From Phaeosaccion multiseriatum (Eukaryota > Protista > Ochrophyta, other classes), in assembly GCA_965112735.1 (NCBI GenBank), contig OZ218960.1, positions 2,480,001-2,544,000 of the forward strand: 64,000 nt of DNA, in the 5' to 3' direction. Positions within the stretch are counted from its first letter, which is position 1; each line of letters opens with the position of its first letter. The translations under genes were made by a program, and so were the position numbers. Under the pieces are notes generated by a model. It saw only the letters and a list, made by a program, of their open reading frames with translations. It was not told where the DNA came from and made no database searches. Of this stretch, positions 26,937 to 40,617 are shown one piece after another.

Positions 26937-28527
26937 GTCGGCGTGGCTGAGGTGTGAGGTGTGAGGAGTGAGGCGTGAGGTGTGAGAGCCAGCCACCCTC
27001 CCTCCTCTACCCTCATCCTCCTTGACGCAGGTGCGTCAGTGGGCGTGTGGAGGGAAGGGAAGGGAAGGGAATGGAAGGGCAGGGAAGGGCAGCACGCACC
27101 ATCAGCAGAAGAGATGTGCACCAATCAGCCCTAATCGGGACCTCTGGCTGTGACTGCAGTGACAGCTGTGACACAGCAGTGACGTGCAGCCAGTGTGACA
27201 CTCAACACCAGATCGACAGCAGCTCCGATGGGACGATGGCAGCTCAAGGCAAAGCAGTGGGACGAGTTAAGGGGGGGGAGCCTGCGCCTGCGAGCCTGCT
27301 GCCGCTGCTGTATCACCAACTGCTGCTCCCGCTGCTGCTGCTTCTCTGCCGCCGAGAAGGAAGGTCGGGGCCAAGGACCCTCCAACCCCTTTGCCGCTGG
27401 TTGCACTCTCGGTACGTTGTTGGCGATGACCCCTCTCGGACTCACATCAGAGAGTCATAACAGATTGATTGGGACTCCTTGCAATAAACGGACGGTGACT
27501 TGACGTGAGGCTGCCGTCGGGAGCAGCAGTAGGCAAAGACTCCAGTAAGACACCCTTCGGCCCTGCCTCCTCCGGGTCCTGGTTGCGAAGGTAGCAAGTG
27601 TCGGGTCCTGAGCGCGAAGGTAGCTAGTATCCGGCTCCGCGCAAGAAGGCTCAGCAGGGTTGGAAAGGTACGAACGGTAGGAACGGTGGTAAGGCGACTC
27701 TTCCTCTTCCTCCGCCTCCTCCTCCTCCTGCTGCTGCTGTTGTTGTTGTTGTAGTAGATGAGATGTCACAGCGGCTGCGGTGGCAACTGACGTTGATAAC
27801 GTCGAGGGAGGGGGCGGCGGCAACAAGTGGGGTGGAGGAGGAGGCCCGACAAGGCCCAGCAATTGTTGATACCGCAGGCGGCCGATGGGACGAGCTCATG
27901 AGCTTCATAGAGGGACTCCGCGCCGCCGCACAGGCCCGACTTGACGCCGTCACGCCGCAGCTGCTCTCGTTCTGGCAGAAGGAGAAGGGATGAAGGGCCG
28001 GACAGCCGGGTGAGTTTGCTCAGGGGCTGAACTTTGAGAGCGTGGAAGCCCTTTCGAGACCGAGCGAGACCGACGAGCGAGACCGAGCGAGACCGAGACT
28101 GGACAGGACAGGATCATGGTCGACCCCTAACCTTGGCCCTCTCATGCTTCTCTGATTTCTGATTACGGCCCACCCCTAGCTAAACCTGGTCGGCGCCAGG
28201 TCTGATTACTGATGCATGTCCTAGGCTACCAACCAGGCTAACTTTGACACGTACGAAAAAGAAACGGAATGATGCATTTTCGGAAAATCTGAACAAATTT
28301 ACACTTTTGAGGGCGGCCCAAAGCCAAACCCAAAGTCAGGAGGCAGGGAATGATTCAAGGAGACCCCGCATAAACACGCATACATTACAACACTTGTCAT
28401 TACAACCCACACAAGTAATCCCACTTCACCACCAGACTTTCCTCTTGCTGCAGCAGACGAGGAGGAGGAGCGAGTGAGAGGAGGACGAGCGAGGATCCAA
28501 TCGACTTACTTTTCAAGCGAGTGAATC

Positions 28528-29418
28528 ATGATGAGGAGAGTGCGGGCCGCAGGAGTGGGAGCCGCGGCACTTGCGCTGTTGGCAGGGCGAGAGGCAGGTG
28601 CTTGCGTGGTGCCAGGAGGCTTGGAGACCCTTGCTCAAGTGAATCTGAGCCTGGGCCTCCTGGCAGCTCCCTTCGCCGCGTTGACGCCCTCGGGTCCTGC
28701 CGCGGAAGCATTGGGACTGGTGCCTTTGCTGGTCCTCGTCGTCCCCATTGTCAATTCCCACGAGACGCCGCTGCAGTTCCTCTTCACACAGGTGCAGCTT
28801 TGCTTACTGGCTGTGCCAGTCCACTGGCACTGGGCTCGCTGGTGAGCGAGTATCCTCAACCTTTTCTTCTCATTGCTTCCCCATTTTTCACCCCCCCCCC
28901 CCGCCATTTAATCCATTAGGTCGCGGATGTCGCCACGTACGGCGCATTGGCCTCCTACGAGCCCAACGCTCTTGATTGGTTCGGAGATGAAGTGCCGAAG
29001 ATCTGCATGGATGCAACAAACGATTGGAGCGAAGAGATGATTACTGTCCATCAAAAGTTGTCCGGATTCATGGCCCTTGGCTACGGGGCCACCCTGGGCT
29101 TCACGGATGCAACGAAGGAGACCTTCGACGCCATTATGGAGGGATACAACCTGGCCGACGAGTGGGATTTGATGTTTGACGACACGTTCGATGCATGTGC
29201 TGGTGAGTGACCTGTGTGACATGTGTGTGAGAGAATGTGACGTGGGAACCGTTCCGTGGGGCCATGGGGGGGGGGGAGAGGGGGGCACAAATGTGGTGTC
29301 TTGTTGATCGGTACTTGTTTGTGCATAGCTATGTATAATACCTACATTAATGTAGCTGTGTCATATGTGTGGCTGTGTGTAGCTAAGGGTGGAGCGAGGG
29401 GAGGGTGCTGAACCACCA

Positions 29419-29454
<36 letters not shown>

Positions 29455-32206
29455 ACTTGACGACGAATCCCTGCTGTCACTTCACTGTCACCTCTCCTCC
29501 TCCTACAGAGACCGCCCCCACCCCCTGGGGACTGGGCAAGTGCTCCGCAGACAGGGCAGCAGCAAAGTTCCTGGAAGAGGCCTCAGGCTGGAACGTGGAT
29601 GGCAAGACCAGCTGTGACTACAACTGCCGCACCTACAGCGACTTCTCTTACACCGACGCCTTCGGTGAAGTCTACAGCGGGTACCAGACCAGCAATCCCT
29701 ATCAGGGTAAGAGAGAGTATCGTATCGGCGAAGCACGGAGCAACAACCAGTGACGAACGATGCACCGGCAGAGGGAAGGCCCTCGACGTCCGGCCTTACA
29801 CAGCGTACTCCTTGTGACCCCTTTGTTGCCCTTGCCTCGCCCCACCATGTTGTCTGCTGTCACCGCAATTACGTTCATCTCAAACGTGCCTACGTACCCA
29901 CGTACGTACGTACCTACCTACCTACCTGCCCACCTGCCTACGCAGCAAGCACCCCTGACAACCAATGGCAGCCCTTGGCTGAGGCCAACGGAAAGGGCTT
30001 CTTCTTCCACCAGGACCACGTCGTGCCCCACATCGGCATCACCGCTCGCATGTACGGCATGGGCGACAGAGAGGAGCAGTGCGCCTTCATGAACGGCAAG
30101 GCACTTGACCCTCCCAACTACGACTACGCGGCGGAGGCCCAATTCGCCTTTGAGGAGGTGTGTAAGTAGGATAAAGGAGTGGAGTGGAGTGGAGTGGAGT
30201 GGAGTGGAATGGAGGACTGAGCCGGGTGATAGGAGACTTCAGCAGGAGGAGCAGTGGGGTGGAGTGGATGGATGGGTGTGGCTGGCTGGGCCGTGGGTCT
30301 TGTACAGTCTCAAAGAGGGGAAAGACAGGCAGACAGACAAGCAGGCAGCCAGGGCGGCGTTCCGAGTGCGCCTTGCTCATCATACCCATGGTCCATGATG
30401 GTTTGCTGTCAGTGCTGCCCCACTACTTCGCTTCGCTCTTGGGCTCAGACAGACCAGAATGGCTGCCCTCTCCTTCCTCTCCCACCGCCCCCCTCCCCCG
30501 CCCTCCTCGCAACCACCCCCCGCCAAGTCCACTTACGATTGTCTTGCCCTTGCGTGCTTGCTTGTCTGCCCTCCCCGTTGCCCTCTCACACACCCCACCC
30601 ACAACCAACAGACCAAAGTCACCGCGGAAGACGACACCGGATTGCGCCAAGCTCTTGTGGAGACCTTCGACGCCAAGCTCAACTCCCTTATCATTCCGCA
30701 GTTCGGATGGGCCGCGGCAAACGGACTCTCAGACTACGACATCTGGAGACTCAATGCGGGCTTCAACACGGCTGCCTTGAACTCCGTCATTCTGTCCTGG
30801 CGAGAGAAGGTCCGCCACAACCTCGTTCGCCCCACCACTGTTGCCCACGCCATGGGCGACGAACGCGTCGAGACGTATGCGGGACCGTACCAAGGCGTCC
30901 AGTCCATCAAGGCGGGGGAGTGGGAGCCCTTTATCCGCACAAGTGAGCACTACCATCGACGCGCTGCATACAGATTGACTTGGATTCGGGCCAGCGTCTC
31001 ATCTCGCTCTCGCTCTCTCTGTGTATGTGTGTAGTCGAGTCTTGCCTGCAGTAGCAGCTACTCACGCCCTCCTTCTCCTCCTCCTCCTTCTCCTCCTCCT
31101 CCTCCTCCTCCTCCTCCTCCTCCTCCTCCTCCTCCTGCTCCTCCTCCTCCTCCTCCTCCCCCTCCTCCTGCTCCTTTTCCTCTCCCTCAGTGCCCCACGC
31201 GGAGTACCCTTCGGGCTCTTCTTGTGTGTGCACTGTGTGGGCCGAGTGGGCAGAGCTCATCTCTGGCCGCCCGGACATCTTCCCCCCTGGGTCCATGGAC
31301 ACCCCCAAGCCCGCCGGAAGCAGCTTCATGGAGCCCGGGGCTCGGCCTCCCAGTGACATTACCTTGTCTTTCGAGTCGTGGGCCGATGTGGCAGACATGT
31401 GTGGTGTCAGCCGGACATACGGAGGTGAGTGAGTGTGCGTCTCAAGAGGAGGGGTAGTAGGGGCTGGGGGGGGGGGAGGGGGAGAAGAGAGGAAGAGAGA
31501 GAGAGAGAAGCAGGCAGACAGACAGACAGACAGACAGTCAGGCAGGCAGGCAGGCAGGCAGGCAGACAGACAGACAAACAGTTAGTCAGGCCGACAAAGG
31601 GAGAGAGAGAGATGAGAGAAAAAGGAGATGGAGAGAGAGAGAGAGAGGGGAAACATTTCATGCACATGCACAGCATGTCGCGCTCCTCTACTTCGCTCCC
31701 GATCCCTCATTCTTACCACCCACATACACACACCTTACCGACCTCTCTTTCGTGCGTTGCTGCGTTGCCGTTCCGCCGTCGTTACTCTCGTCACGCGGTT
31801 TTCAATCATCCAAACCAAACCAGGTATGCACTACAGCAAGAGCGTGGAAGCTGGCAACGACCTCTGCACTGGTCTGGCGGCCGCCATCTTCACCAAGATG
31901 GAGCTGCTCAACCAAGGAGACCCCGCCGGCAAGATGACCGACGCCTCAGACGGGAGCGACGAGGCCATCACCCTCTGCCCCTTCGACGAGTCTGGTGACA
32001 CCCCGCCGAGAGAGCCTGAGACTCCGGAGGAGGGAGAGACTCCCGATCAGGCTGGCGACTGTGCGGATGTGGAGGGGTGTGGTAGTAGCAAGCCATGTGT
32101 GAGGGATGAGGCGTGCCCGGCCCGGGTGGGGTGCATTCAGCGACCGGAAGATGACTCTTCGACCGGTTGTAGGTACTGCGGTTTCAGTATCTTTGATGAG
32201 TGCTAG
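28528..32206 (+). CDS. Secreted vanadium-dependent haloperoxidase-like (PAP2 superfamily, DUF6851/VCPO-type) protein with Cys-rich tail, about 7 exons
   Basis: Signal peptide; motifs WREKVRHNLVRP, MPHAEYPSGS and SRTYGG|MHY correspond to the three PAP2/VHPO active-site segments. Confidence 0.82.
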
Positions 32207-32398
32207 CTAAGTAGTCGTCATCAGCTCCACATGTGTGGACGCGCTGTAAGCTATTTCAATAGATGGACGGATACAACATACAACGGTAGTATAGGGGCCG
32301 GCAGGTCGGTTGGGGGCCGAGGGTGTGGAGTTTGCTTGCGGAAGAGAACCTGTCGAGATTTGGTCGAGATCAAGCAAGACATACAAGTCTGCATCAGT

Positions 32399-32433
<35 letters not shown>

Positions 32434-32843
32434 TGGTGATACTCCACTCTCCTCTCACTCTCTCTCACAGCAACAAGCATCACAACTGAATAAAAGAATA
32501 TATGATGTAGGTATTTATCTTCATTGCCATCTAAAACGCCCACTCTTTTCAGGCTTGTCAACTATTCATTTCGCCCTTCCGCCCATTGTGCGGTGTGGCG
32601 TCTATCCAAGAAGGGGATGAAGGACGCTAACGACTTCTGAAATAGCCTCCTTGGTCGCTTGCCATCCTCCCGTCTTCTTGACTCCGTCTCTGTGGTCCTC
32701 CCCCCCCCCCCGCCACGCTCCGCCCCGCCTAAGAAGGTAAGTTGGGTCACCCAAACAACCCCAATTTCTCCCTCCCTCCCTCCCTCGCTCGCTCGCCTGC
32801 AGTACCACCACTCACTCACAACTGGCACAAACAACCAACCGCT

Positions 32844-35800
32844 TCACCGCGCCGAAGCAGAGAGAGCCTGCATCTGAATCTCCGGTAGCTTCGCCACAAT
32901 CGAAGCAAACATGGGCCGTTGCGTGGGAGTCGCATGCCAGCACGCACGCACCAGCGCCGCCAACGCCGCTGGCGTACGCGAGGGAAGCGCCGGCCTAAGA
33001 TTCTGTCTCGCCACCGCAAAGGCCGCCTGGATGGGGGTGAGGCCCGCAAAGGGCTCCTTGCGAGTCACGAGTTCCCACATGACAATGCCGAAGCTGTAAA
33101 CGTCTGCGGCCTTGCTGTAGGGCTCGTGGCGGATGACTTCTGGTGCCATCCATTTGTACGTGCCTGTCTCTGCGGTATGGTCTCCGTCCCCGTCGGCGAA
33201 GCAGCTGAGGCCAAAGTCCACGATGCGGACGACACCGTTCTTGTCCAGCACTGGGGGAGAGGAGGGAGGGGAGGGGGAGAAGGGAGAGGTAAACCAGCCG
33301 AATCAGAATACAAGAGACAGAGAGAGAAAGAGAGAGAGAGAGGAAGAGGGGGGGAGAGAAAGAGAGAGAGGGAGGGAGAGGGAGGGAGAGGGAGGGAGAG
33401 GGAGGGAGAGAGAAAGAGAGAGAGACAACGAGACAGAGGAACATGACACGGGCCTGGGGAGGGGAAAGCCACACCATGTCAACAACACACCCCATGTCAA
33501 CAAACCAACCCCACGTCAGCATGCTGGCCTCAAACCAAAGGTGATCAAGCGAGGAAGGAGGCATTTCAAGCAAGGCCGCAAGCAAGAGAGGCTCGAAAGG
33601 CCCTCTCCCCATCCCCATCACAGATGTCACAAGATGTCACAGCTGGGCAGCACAGGCACACAGCTATTCAAGAGCCCCCGCCACCCCCATCCCCAACCCC
33701 ATCCACAGATGGCAGCACATGGAGTCACAATAGACAACCAACACGTACAGATGTTGGCGCTCTTGAGGTCCCTGTGCAGCAGCCCCTGTCCGTGCAGATA
33801 GTCCATCCCCGCGGCCACCTGTCCCGCGATCTGGAACAGGTCGAAACTCTGTCCCAGTCCGTCGTGGGCAGTAGCCCCTGCCGAGAAGGCCTGTCCGCTA
33901 TCACCACCACCCCGCCTGCCGCTCCCAGCTCGAGATGCTCTGCTCCTCCTTATACAATCCGCGAGAGTGCCGGACGGGCAGAACTCCAGCACGATGCAGT
34001 AGCGCGGGTGGGACACGCTCGCTCCGTAGCAGTGGCAGATGTTGGGGTGACGCAAACGCCCAAAGATGAGCAGCTCGCGCTGGAATTCTCTGAGCACAAG
34101 CTCCTTCTCCTCCTCCGTGATACCCTGGGAGCCTCGCCCACTTCCGCCTCCTCCTCCTCCTCCTCCTTGTTGTTGTTGTTGGGCCTCCGAACCCACTACC
34201 TCTGGCAGCTCGACCTTCTTGACCGCCACCAGCTTCCCTCTCCACAGCGCGCGATGTGTGGAACTAAATCTCCCCATCCCCACCGCCTCCAGGATCTCCA
34301 GCGCCTCAAAGGGGATGAGATTGGTATCGCCCAACTCCAAGCCTGCCAGCCCCTCCTGCTGGGCACGCGCAAGCTGCTCTCGCTCCTGCTGGTCCCTCAC
34401 CCCTTGCTGCTGTTGCTGTTGCTGCTGCTGCTTCTGCTGCTGCTGCTGTTGCTGCTTTTCCTTCTCCCCTGGCCCGCCTCCCCCCCCCCCTCCCCCTGTC
34501 CCTGCTGCTGCTGCCCCTGTGTTTGCAGACAACGCCCCCATCCCACGCGCCCCCGATTCCGATGCGCTGCGCTGAAGCTGAGGAGGGGAGGCAACATTCT
34601 TCGGCTTCACCCCCAACACTTCCAACGCGCCTCGCAACCACCCTGCGGGCCCTCCTCCTCTATCATGACCACTTTCCCGTCCCCCTTCCCCTCCTCCTCC
34701 TCCTCCTCCTCCTCCTCCTCCTCCTCCTCCTCCTCCTCCTCCTCCTCCTCCTCCTCCTCCTCTATCTCCTCTCCCCCCTCCCCCCACCCCTCCTCCTCGT
34801 CCTCCTCCTCCTCCTCCTCCTCCCTCCGGACTGACCGCCCGTAGAGGTCCGTAAGGCTCCAATGGGCGAGGCAGCCCCTCTGTCGGTCTGGGTCTCTGTC
34901 GTGCACCGGCTCGGGAAGTCAAGCGGGGTCTGTCCGAGGACACTGGTTCCTGCGGCCGGCCTAGCCGCCCCGCACCGCCCCCTCCTAGTGATCCTCCTCC
35001 TCCTCCTCCTCCTCCTCCTCCTCCCCGCCTCTCATTGCCACCGCCACTACTGCCACTGTTACTGTCGCTGCGCCCTCCTGCCATGATGTCCAGCTGCTCC
35101 CTGGTCTTGTTCCACTCGTCCGTCACTACTGCAATGAGGTCCCCGCGTGTCTTGGTCGGATCGAAGTTAGAGTCCACCTCCACCTCGAACCTTGGCAACG
35201 ATTGCGAGTTAAGAGTAAGGGTTGCAAGCGAGAAAGGGTAAGAGAGGAGACGGCACAAGGTACAGAGGGAGAGAGGGCGGCAATTGAGAGGGTAGGGCAT
35301 TGAGAGAGGGGATGGAATGCTCTGAGCAGGGGTGGAGGCACATGGTCCGAGGGCGGACACACATGCAAACCGTTAATTGTATGCATACACATTACCTCAC
35401 TATGAACATCCACCCACCCATCCATCCATCCATCCATCCACTGCCATCTGTCCACACATACCTGTCCAGTGCCACCCCGTCCCCGCTGGCCATAACGTCT
35501 GCGTCCACAATCCGCTTGGTAAGCTTTCGCATGGCACGAGTGATAGCGTCGAGCATGTACTCGTCGTCCTGGCACGAGACAGTGACGCAAGCCATCGCGG
35601 CGGCCTGACGTCTGCTTCTGTGTGTGGCGGGGAGGGGTTTGATTTGAAGTTCCAGAGCGCTCTTGCCCCGGCGGACATCGTCCATCTGTGATTGAGGGGT
35701 TGGAGGAGAGGGGTTGGGGGAGGGGGGGTAGAGAAGGGGGAGGCAGTCAGTAGAGGGAACATGTAAGAGGACATGTCGCAGCAGAAAGAGGGGAGATAGG

Positions 35801-36054
35801 AGCGCCACAAGGAAGCCGTAAAGGCCATCAGACACAGTCGGGAGAGAAGGTGCCACAGGCAAGGCCACAGGGAACCGTAGGAGGGAAGGGGGGAAGGAGG
35901 GGTAACAGAATCAAGTCAGGTCCTGCTGTGTGCAACGTATGTGCCTCTTACGTAAGGAGTTACGTACCATCTCAATGTGCATGAGCACGTCCTCGGCCTC
36001 CACGGAGAGCGCGTACCTCGGGGGGAGCGACTTGAGGTGCGTCTGGCCAGTGGG

Positions 36055-36148
<94 letters not shown>

Positions 36149-36494
36149 TGTGTGTATGTGTGTGTGTATGTGTGTGTGTGTGCGTGTGTGTGTGCGCGCG
36201 CGTGAGTGTGTTTGTGTGTGTGTTTGCGTGTTTGTGTTTGGGTGTGTATGTGTGTGGGTGTGTGGGTGGGTGTGCGTGTGTGTGTGTGTTGTGTGTTGTG
36301 TGTGGAAAAGGAGGGAAGAGGCAGGGGCGCGGAGGGGGGCAAGGTGAGCAATCAAGCTACAAAAAGGGAGAGAAGAAACGCGTGAGGTGGGCCGGGGGTG
36401 GAGCGGGGCCAGAGAGAAAAGGCACGGGAAACCAGTCGGGATGAAGAAGGACTGGGCACTCCTAGTACCCCACAAGACGAGACGGCCGGAGCTC

Positions 36495-36532
<38 letters not shown>

Positions 36533-37366
36533 AACCGACGACAAAAATCAAGAACGCACCTCGACTTGGTCCTGCGCCTGCTGCTGCCGAGCATTGCCGT
36601 CGGCCCTCTGTGGTTCTCCACGCGTGACCCACTTCCTCTGCATCAAATGCACTACCGCTCGCACCATGTCCTCCAGCAGAGTGCTCCGGTGCAGCTGCAT
36701 CATGAACTGATCGCGGCGCTGGGCCATGGAGTGCGGGCTAATGCTGCCGGACTTACTCACTCCTGGTGCCAAATCCACTCCCATTATACCCGTGCCCACG
36801 CGGATGTCGCCGCCCCCCCCAAGTCCTCCTCCCTGCTTGCCCCCCTGGGCCCCTGCGGTCTTCTCTCCTCCTCCTTCTCCTCCTCCCACTTCTCCTCCTC
36901 CGCCTCCTCCTGCTCCTCCTGCCAATCCTCCTGCTATTCCTCCTATTCCTTTGCCTCGGGTAGGGGCAGAGCCTATTTTCACTCGCCCCATACCCGAAGA
37001 CAGCCCTTCCCCTGCGCCTGAGATGATGCCTGTCACGCCAGCGGACGCAGCATCGATGGCTGAGGCATCAAGAGCAGCAGCGGCATCTGCAGCAGCGGCA
37101 GTGTACGGCGGCGGACTGGATCCCTCTCGTACATGTCGCCGCTTCCACCCCACCACAATAGCGCCAACACCACCTCCACCACTTCCGCCGCCGCCGTGGC
37201 CGCCTTCTTCATCAATAGTTGGTGATACAGCAGCAGTTGGCGATACAGCAGGAGGTGGAAGGGGGGCGCCAGGGCTTCCAAATGGCGGCACTGGCGCTAC
37301 ACCGCTACTGGTCATATAGACGATGTTGCCGCTTCCGAGACGCATTTGCGGTCCACCAGGCAGCAC

Positions 37367-37415
<49 letters not shown>

Positions 37416-37560
37416 TGGACCACCAACTGCTGCTGCGGCAGGTGCCGGAGCTGGTGGCTCTGGTCGCCCTCCTCAAGGTAGACGTCACCGCCGGAGTCCA
37501 CCCGGTCGATGCTAAAGTCTGCCCCCACTCCGCCCTGGTGGTGATAGAGGCCCCAGTCCG

Positions 37561-37595
<35 letters not shown>

Positions 37596-38455
37596 TGGAC
37601 CACCAACTGCTGCTGCGGCAGGTGCCGGAGCTGGTGGCTCTGGTCGCCCTCCTCAAGGTAGACGTCACCGCCGGAGTCCACCCGGTCGATGCTAAAGTCT
37701 GCCCCCACTCCGCCCTGGTGGTGATAGAGGCCCCAGTCCGCCCCGTCCCCCCCCTCCTCCCCTTCTGCTACTACACCGCCCACACCGCCCCCTTCCCCTC
37801 CTCCTCCCCTACTGATTAGCGCTGCTAGCCCCCCGCCTGTTGCGACAGGCCTGCTTCCCCTGGGCCCCTCCCCGCCCTCCTCCTGATGGCTGCTCTCCCG
37901 CCGCATCGCCCCCGCCATGAGGGTCTCCATAGTGGAGGAGCTGCGAGACACGTCGTACGAGCTTGCAACCTCGGCGATACCTGGGCGACAGAGCAACAAG
38001 AGGGGAGAGGGCAAGACAGCAAGAAGGCAGAGCGATGAGGAACAAATGTGTGATGGAGAATGACAAGGACCTTCATTTGGCACGTAGGAAGCACCGATTA
38101 ATCATGAGAGGAGGGATGCAGGAGAGAGGGGGATGAGAGGAGATGCCAGATGCCAAAAAAAAAAAAAAACAGCTCCACGAGAGCGCCTCGTTCCCTCTTG
38201 CCACCCCCGCGCTGCCTGACAAGGGGCAAAACACGACTCAATCATAGCTTCCTCGCCGGTGAGTGCTCCCAGCCCTCCCCGAAGCCTCTGTGACCCTGCT
38301 CTGGTACTCGTCCCCGATCCTCGTGCTCACCACTCACCTGGGCTGCTGATGCTCTTCATCATTCGGCGGAAGGGAGGCCCCGATAGTCCGAGGCTGTCCT
38401 CGCCCGAGCTGGGTCCCGATTTCATGTCCCACCCCTTGCCCAGACTCCTCGACAT
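32844..38455 (-). CDS. ACT-domain tyrosine-kinase-like Ser/Thr kinase (STY8/17/46-like)
   Basis: HLKSLPPRYALSV, ACT-like VTVSCQDDEYMLDAIT, GMGRFS, VAVKK, HRDLKSANI, DFGLS, TAETGTYKWMAPEVIRHEPYSKAADVYSFG. The start is inferred. Confidence 0.88.
37382..37741. repeat. 180-bp in-frame tandem duplication in a kinase exon
   Basis: 37382-37561 and 37562-37741 are essentially identical (ADWGLYHHQGG...QQQ twice). Confidence 0.95.
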
Positions 38456-39105
38456 GCTCGCTCTTCTCCCGCTTACTTGTTGCGCGCCCTTGGGACCTCC
38501 AGGCCCAGGCCGCCGCTCTCAGAAGGGAGGGGGACGTGGAGGCGGGGCCCTTATCGCCCTCCGTCACCCCAGCGCCGCCGCCACCCCCCTCAGCCTTCTG
38601 ACTCTGTGTGCGGAGGGAGGGACCTTCCTAGGATGAAGCAAATCTTCCGTGTGGGGGAGGAAGGATCCCAAACCCCTCCAGCTTTCCCCTCCTGCTCTCC
38701 GCCTCCTCGTCCTCCTCCCCCTCCTCCTTCTCCTCCTCCTCCGGCTCCCGCTCGGCGTGACGCTAGCGGCGTCTCCCCTCCCACTTTCCTCACATCCTCG
38801 CGACCAAAACAAACAGGGCCTCTGCTTCGCGCTCGAGGGTCGGGCTAGGACGAGGTGCGGCTCACTCACACCACGGCTCCCCTCAGGGGAAATTAAAGTC
38901 TCTCTGGGACGTTCTGAGCGTTCCTCCTCCTCCTGTTGTTACTGCTGCTGCTGGTGGTGGTCGTCGTGCTGCTGCTGTTGTGAACAGAGCCTGCGGTTGT
39001 TGAAAATCCACGTACCGCACACCCTCAATTCATCATTCAATTCGATATCACCGGATATGGACCATCCATATTTTATGTGGAAGAGGTCGATTTTTGGATT
39101 GGGGA

Positions 39106-39142
<37 letters not shown>

Positions 39143-39311
39143 CACACACACATTTGTACTCCGAGTGTATGGATGGGAGGATGGTGTGATGGTGTTGAGG
39201 AGGATCAGCGGCCCCCCGAGAAGAGGAACGAGTAGGCAGAGGAGGAGGCGTCGAGTGAGTCGAGTGACAAGGCGGCGAAGTTTCTGCAGATAAATAACCT
39301 CAAGTAATTTT

Positions 39312-39578
39312 TTAGCGCTCTTGAGGCGCTCTTCCTTCCCCTGCTTCTACTTGTGCTTTCTTCTTCCGCCGCTCATTCCTGGCCTGCTTCTTCTGCAGCC
39401 ACAGCGTCTGCTTCAGCACAGGGGCCGTGGGCGCTCTCTCTGCCTCTCTGCTGCCACTCTTCCTCCTCCTCCCATTACCACTACTGCTTTGGGTGATTCT
39501 CCTCTCTCCGGTGCCGCTGATAGCACTGGCAGCAGCCTCATCCCCCTCCCCCTTCTCCTCCTCCCGCCCCCCGCCACC

Positions 39579-39614
<36 letters not shown>

Positions 39615-40567
39615 GGGTCCCTCTCCCTTGCTGGCTGCACGGGCCCCCGGTCTCTGCGTCATCGAAGAGAGATCACGCTGCAGCAGACCCACCCCCGCCC
39701 CGCTCCGGGCAGCCACCAGCATGACTGGCAGTCCAGTGTACCGCGGAAGGTACTCGTCCATCTGCCTTCGGACAAGCGTTACACGCCTCGCCAGCTCAGT
39801 GCGCTGCACCAAATCGCACTTGGTGAGCACGAGTTGAAGCTTTGGAGGGGGCGTGTTATGCATGTCCAGGCGGCGTCGGATTTGAGGGTCGAAGAGCAAC
39901 TATTCAAGGGAAGGAAGGAAGAAAGGAGGGAGGGAGGGAGGGAGGGAGGGAGGCGAGGGAGGGAGGGAGGGATTGAAGGAGGGAGGGAGGGAGGGAGGGA
40001 GGGGAAGAGGGATTGAGGGAGAGGGAGAGAAGAGGAGAGCGAGAACAGAGAGGGAGTGAAGAGTAGAAGGGGCATAGAGAAGTGAGAGAGGAAAGATAGA
40101 AAAGAGAGAGGGCGAGTAGAGCAGAAAGGGGGAGAAGAGGTGAAGGAACAGCGAGATGAGAACGAGAGAGAGAGAGAGAAGAGAAGCAAGGAAAGATGGA
40201 GATCCTCCGGCTCCTCCTCCTCCTCCTCCTCGAAGGCGCTCTCACTCTACGCCATTTACCTCCAAGAAGTCCCTATCGCTCTTTTTGAATCCGTGCCTCC
40301 CGTCCAGGAGCAGACACACTCGCTTGAGTGTCTTGCCCCGTGCCCTCAGGAACTGCAGGGCCAGCTCTGACCAAGAGGCTTTGACCTCCTGTGGGGCATT
40401 TGCGTTGGGACCGCAAATGGATAGTGGATGGACAGGCAGCAAGAGAAGAGAAGAAATGAGAAGTAGAAAAGTACGAGTAAAATTAGCACGAGTAGTAGTA
40501 GTGGTAGTAGGAGTGGTAGTAGTGGTAGTAGGAGTAGTAGGAGTAGTAGTAGTGGTAGTAGTAGTAG

Positions 40568-40617
<50 letters not shown>

